NCBI GenBank assembly: GCA_020435825.1
Contig: JAGQYY010000006.1
Coordinates: 517 to 64,516, forward strand
Direction of reading: 5' to 3'
Origin: Aequorivita sp.
GTDB taxonomy: Bacteria; Bacteroidota; Bacteroidia; Flavobacteriales; Flavobacteriaceae
DNA: 64,000 bases
The notes below the pieces were generated by a model. The model saw only the letters and a list, made by a program, of their open reading frames with translations, had not been told where the DNA came from and did not search any database. Shown piece after piece: positions 60,196-64,000 of the stretch (within the stretch, counting starts at the first letter, position 1; every line of letters starts with the position of its first letter). The translations under genes and the position numbers were made by a program.

Positions 60196-60874
60196 CGAAA
60201 TAACGGATGTTTTTTTTGATTTAGACCACACCCTTTGGGATTTTGACCGAAATTCAGGCTTGGCTTTTGAAAGAGTATTCAAAAAACACAAAATAGATTT
60301 GCCGCTAACCGATTTTTTAAAGGAATATGAACCCATTAATTTAGTTTATTGGAAAAAATACCGAGAAGAGCGTATTACTAAAGAAGAACTCCGAAGAGGT
60401 AGATTAACCGAAACTTTTGATGTTTTTAAACTAAAATTTCCCATAGAGACCATTGATATACTTGCAGTTTGTTATATAGAAGAATTACCTGTAAACAACC
60501 ACCTCTTTATTGGCACCGTTGAAATCCTAGAATATCTTTCCAAAAAATATAAACTTCATATTATAACCAACGGTTTTGAGGAAGTTCAGTATTTAAAACT
60601 TCATAATAGCGGTATAAAAAAATATTTTAACACGATTACCACTTCTGAAGAGGTAGGGTTAAAGAAGCCCAATCCTGTTATATTTGAAACCGCCCTTAAA
60701 AAAGCTTCCGCCATACCACAAAAGAGTATAATGATTGGCGATAGTTTGGAAGCAGACATTATGGGCGCAAAAAATGCTGGAATGCATACGCTGTTTTTTA
60801 ATTACAGAAAGGAAGAAGTGTCGAAATCCTATTTCGCCGTTAATGAGCTTTTGGAAATTAAAAATCATTTGTAG
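60185..60874 (+). CDS. YjjG-family HAD nucleotidase
   Basis: FFDLDHTLWDF, ITNGF, KKP, MIGDSLEADI. Confidence 0.9.
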   Translation: MHNNEITDVFFDLDHTLWDFDRNSGLAFERVFKKHKIDLPLTDFLKEYEPINLVYWKKYREERITKEELRRGRLTETFDVFKLKFPIETIDILAVCYIEELPVNNHLFIGTVEILEYLSKKYKLHIITNGFEEVQYLKLHNSGIKKYFNTITTSEEVGLKKPNPVIFETALKKASAIPQKSIMIGDSLEADIMGAKNAGMHTLFFNYRKEEVSKSYFAVNELLEIKNHL

Positions 60875-60924
60875 TAATATTTCCATAACAAAGACCGTTA
60901 ACAATCAGTAAAGTATCCCCATTT

Positions 60925-61470
60925 ATGAATAAAGCCCTATCTTCATTTATTTTTATGGTATTTGCCTGCCTTTTTTTCGCGGCCTGCATAAAGGATACCA
61001 ATTTTGACCAAGCCGAGGATATTGCACTAACGCCAGTTGTTGAATTAGATTTGATATACTTCAACCTGCAGGCAGGCCGTTTTTTTGACACTATAAATTC
61101 CACTCAAATCCTTACTGTCCGCGATACTACTGAAATTAGATTTTTGGATGACAGTACGTTACAGGAAAGTCTGAAGAGAGCCGAATTCCACTTTATTTTT
61201 ACCAATAGTATTCCTAGAGATTTTCAAGTGGATTTTCAATTTTTGAGTGAATTGAATGACACAACCTATGTAGCCGCAACCAGTGTAGCCGAAGGAACAG
61301 TTGCAACTCCAGTAATTACAGAATTTACGGAAAATGTTGAGGGGGAAGGTATTCTGAGTTTAACACAAGCACATAAAGTCGTAGTTTCGGTAACCATTCC
61401 TTCTTCTAATGAAAATCTGGAAGGCACATTAAATCTAAAATCCAAAACCACCTACTTTTTGGAATACTAA
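60925..61470 (+). CDS. Hypothetical lipoprotein
   Basis: Lipobox FAAC. Confidence 0.7.
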   Translation: MNKALSSFIFMVFACLFFAACIKDTNFDQAEDIALTPVVELDLIYFNLQAGRFFDTINSTQILTVRDTTEIRFLDDSTLQESLKRAEFHFIFTNSIPRDFQVDFQFLSELNDTTYVAATSVAEGTVATPVITEFTENVEGEGILSLTQAHKVVVSVTIPSSNENLEGTLNLKSKTTYFLEY

Positions 61471-61474
61471 TACA

Positions 61475-62890
61475 ATGCGAAATTTCTTGACTATTATATT
61501 TTCCCTTGTGGGAGTATTTGCCATTTCCCAAAATAAGCAGATACTCTATGGCTTTGATGATATTCCCCAATCCTTGATGCTTAATCCAGGGAGCAAAGTG
61601 CTTCAGAAAAAACATTACGGAATTCCTTTTTTGTCACAAATACACGTGAACGGTGGTTCATCTGGAGTATCAGTTTACGATATTTTTAAAGACGGAAACG
61701 ATGACATAAATGATCGGATCACCCAAAAGATCTTTGAAATGAAAAATACTGATTTCTTCACGGCCACGCAGCAATTGGAACTTATAAATTTCGGGTGGCG
61801 CGCAAAGAACGAAATCTATTTTTCAGCCGGAATTTACCAAGAGTTTGATTTTATAGCTTATTTCCCAAGAGATTTGGCTATTTTGGCTTGGGAAGGAAAT
61901 CGTGATTATTTAGATTATGAATTTGATTTTGGGGAAATAAGTACCACAGGAGATTTCATGACGGTCTATCATTTTGGGCTGAATAAACAGATTGGCAAAA
62001 AATTGACAGTTGGCGCACGGTTGAAATTATATTCAAGTATGTTCAGTTACCGAAGCGTGAAGAATTCTGGAACCTTCGTAACCCGTTTGGGCAATGAAAA
62101 TTCAGAAAATATATATGAGCATACCGTCCAAAATGCTGATGTTACAGTAGAAACCTCTGGCTATGCCTCCTTGCGGGATTTGGACGGAGCAGGGCAGGTT
62201 ACTTCCGAAATTTTGGGCAGGGCTTTTTTTGGTGGCAATATTGGGTTAGGAGTAGATGTAGGTTTTAATTATGAAATAAATGACGCTTGGGCCCTTTCCG
62301 CTAGTGCTTTGGATGTTGGTGCAATTTTCCATTCAAAAGATGTTGAAAATTATCGTGCCCACGGAACCTACACTTTGGATGGAATCAACCTCATTTTTCC
62401 GGCATTGAGTGATGGCGAATCTACCTTTCCTTACTATAGTGATCTAGAAGATGAGGTGGAGCGGGAAATACCTATAGATACACTTCATAACGGCTATACA
62501 CAATTCCGTCCAGTAAAATTTAATGTAGGATTAAGTTATGGTTTTGGACGGTTCAATGCTACTGGTGCTTGTGATTGTTTAAACGTTGGCGGAGAAAATC
62601 TACGCAAACAAAACATTGGGTTACAATTCTATTCTATATTTAGGCCTAAAAAACCTCAAATGGCAGGAACGCTTTTTTACCATAGAAGATTTACGGAATA
62701 TCTTTCTGCCAAAGCAACCTACACGGTAGATTCGTATTCATTCTCAAATATTGGACTGGGAGTTTCAGCAGATATTGGTAAAGTAAATTTTTACATTGCT
62801 GCGGATAACCTTATAAAATATAGCAATTTGGCAAAGGCAAAAAGCGTATCTTTACAACTAGGCTTTAACATTATAATTGACGAAGAATGA
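61475..62890 (+). CDS. DUF5723-like outer-membrane beta-barrel
   Basis: Signal peptide, PQSLMLNPG, terminal QLGFN strand. Confidence 0.65.
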   Translation: MRNFLTIIFSLVGVFAISQNKQILYGFDDIPQSLMLNPGSKVLQKKHYGIPFLSQIHVNGGSSGVSVYDIFKDGNDDINDRITQKIFEMKNTDFFTATQQLELINFGWRAKNEIYFSAGIYQEFDFIAYFPRDLAILAWEGNRDYLDYEFDFGEISTTGDFMTVYHFGLNKQIGKKLTVGARLKLYSSMFSYRSVKNSGTFVTRLGNENSENIYEHTVQNADVTVETSGYASLRDLDGAGQVTSEILGRAFFGGNIGLGVDVGFNYEINDAWALSASALDVGAIFHSKDVENYRAHGTYTLDGINLIFPALSDGESTFPYYSDLEDEVEREIPIDTLHNGYTQFRPVKFNVGLSYGFGRFNATGACDCLNVGGENLRKQNIGLQFYSIFRPKKPQMAGTLFYHRRFTEYLSAKATYTVDSYSFSNIGLGVSADIGKVNFYIAADNLIKYSNLAKAKSVSLQLGFNIIIDEE

Positions 62891-63684
62891 TACGATATTT
62901 ACTGCTTTCCATTACTTTATTACTGACTTCGAATGCCATTTCACAGAATACAAATTTGAGCGATTACAGTTATGTGGTCATACCAGAACAGTTTGATTTT
63001 CTAAAAGAGCGGGATCAATTTCAAATTAATTCCATGACACAATTTTATTTGGAAAAATATGGCTTCAATGCATATATGGCCGACTCTGCGCCCAACGCAA
63101 ACCGCTGCGATGGCCTTTTTGCCAATGTTGAGGAACTGAATACTATTTTAGGAACCAAACTTCAAGTAGTTTTGAAAGACTGTAATGATAACGAAATTTA
63201 TAGGAGCCAAGAAGGTAAAAGTAAGTATAAGGAATTTGACAAAACCTATCAAGATGCACTTCGGAAGGCGTTCAACAGTTTTAAAGCATTAAATGTAAAA
63301 CAAAAAGAGGTGGTTCTTTTGGAAAATACTACTACTAATTCAATAGTTGCTAAGGAAACAGAACCAAACGGTGAAATCGCTTCGTTAAAAAAGCCAAAAG
63401 TTTCAAATGCTTCAGGGAATTCGTTGCCAGATGCCAAATTTTCTAACTATTCAAATTCGGGAAAAACATATCTACTTCGCAAGACAGCAGAAGGATATTC
63501 CTTATATGAAGAATCTGCCAGCGCAACAGACGGACTTCTTTTGAAGGGGAAAATAATTGTAATGGACAATTTGGTAAAATATATGAACACTGCTGGTAAT
63601 GTTGCTGATGCCATTTTTGATACTTCTGGAAATCTTATTATTAAGGAAAACGGAGCTTCAACATTTTACAAATCTGAAGACTAA
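62887..63684 (+). CDS. Hypothetical secreted protein
   Basis: Signal peptide; 265-aa ORF in operon orientation. Confidence 0.7.
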   Translation: MIRYLLLSITLLLTSNAISQNTNLSDYSYVVIPEQFDFLKERDQFQINSMTQFYLEKYGFNAYMADSAPNANRCDGLFANVEELNTILGTKLQVVLKDCNDNEIYRSQEGKSKYKEFDKTYQDALRKAFNSFKALNVKQKEVVLLENTTTNSIVAKETEPNGEIASLKKPKVSNASGNSLPDAKFSNYSNSGKTYLLRKTAEGYSLYEESASATDGLLLKGKIIVMDNLVKYMNTAGNVADAIFDTSGNLIIKENGASTFYKSED

Positions 63685-64000
63685 AAATCATATTTATCCT
63701 TCCAAAGCTGTTTTAAGTAGTTTTTTAGGGTATTTTCCTTTGGGTTATTTCCGGGCCTGTAAAGTGTAGTCCCTTTTATTTCTTCTGGTAGAAATTCGTG
63801 CGGAACAAAATTTCCTTCGTAGTTATGTGCGTATTCATATTCCTTTCCGTAGCCCAGTTGTTTCATAAGCTTTGTTGGCGCATTTCTAATTGAAAGTGGC
63901 ACAGACAGATCGCCCGTTTGTCTAACAAGCTGTTGCGCTTCGCCAATGGCTTTATAAGAAGCGTTGCTTTTAGGCGATGTTGCCAAATAAATGGCACATT
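63681..64000 (-). CDS. rarA: Replication-associated recombination protein A (3' part; runs off window)
   Basis: SPKSNASY, RNAPTKLMKQLGYG..Y.YAH. Confidence 0.88.
   Translation of the reverse strand, partial: CAIYLATSPKSNASYKAIGEAQQLVRQTGDLSVPLSIRNAPTKLMKQLGYGKEYEYAHNYEGNFVPHEFLPEEIKGTTLYRPGNNPKENTLKNYLKQLWKDKYDF

Noticed and set aside
61065-61076. CCTGCAGGCAGG as a fourth CCTGCC-family copy
   Set aside because: Only a partial 12-bp match inside an ordinary reading frame; may be chance.

Overview
Chromosomal window from a Flavobacteriaceae-type Bacteroidota genome (gldA/gldB/gldC, a T9SS cargo protein, TAnnTTTG promoters). Most of it is housekeeping: a split metH with metF, aromatic amino-acid genes, queA, rlmN, dnaG, nadE, the dcw cluster, radC and rarA. 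The unusual signal is a set of very small mobile-looking palindromes and small nuclease cassettes. (1) A ~484-bp element bounded by 24-bp GC-rich inverted repeats carries a DUF559 endonuclease-like domain and sits in frame inside metH, with no intein motifs; nuclease-free copies of the same ends form the metH/metF junction. (2) A minimal GIY-YIG nuclease gene lies between a duplicated 5' part of tRNA-Arg(UCG) and the intact tRNA. (3) A 20-21-bp CCTGCC...GGCAGG palindrome is inserted precisely at three sites: inside another repeat, in frame in a PLP enzyme, and in the anticodon arm of the partial tRNA copy. (4) REP-like repeats are nested within each other. Also seen: an unannotated Phe/Trp/Tyr-rich leader peptide with attenuator upstream of pheA, a CTG-start dnaG lacking its zinc-binding cysteines, a frameshift in murD (probably a sequencing error), and an accessory LytS/LytTR plus fibre-protein islet after ftsZ. 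Product calls come from recognising motifs in the translations; no searches were run.
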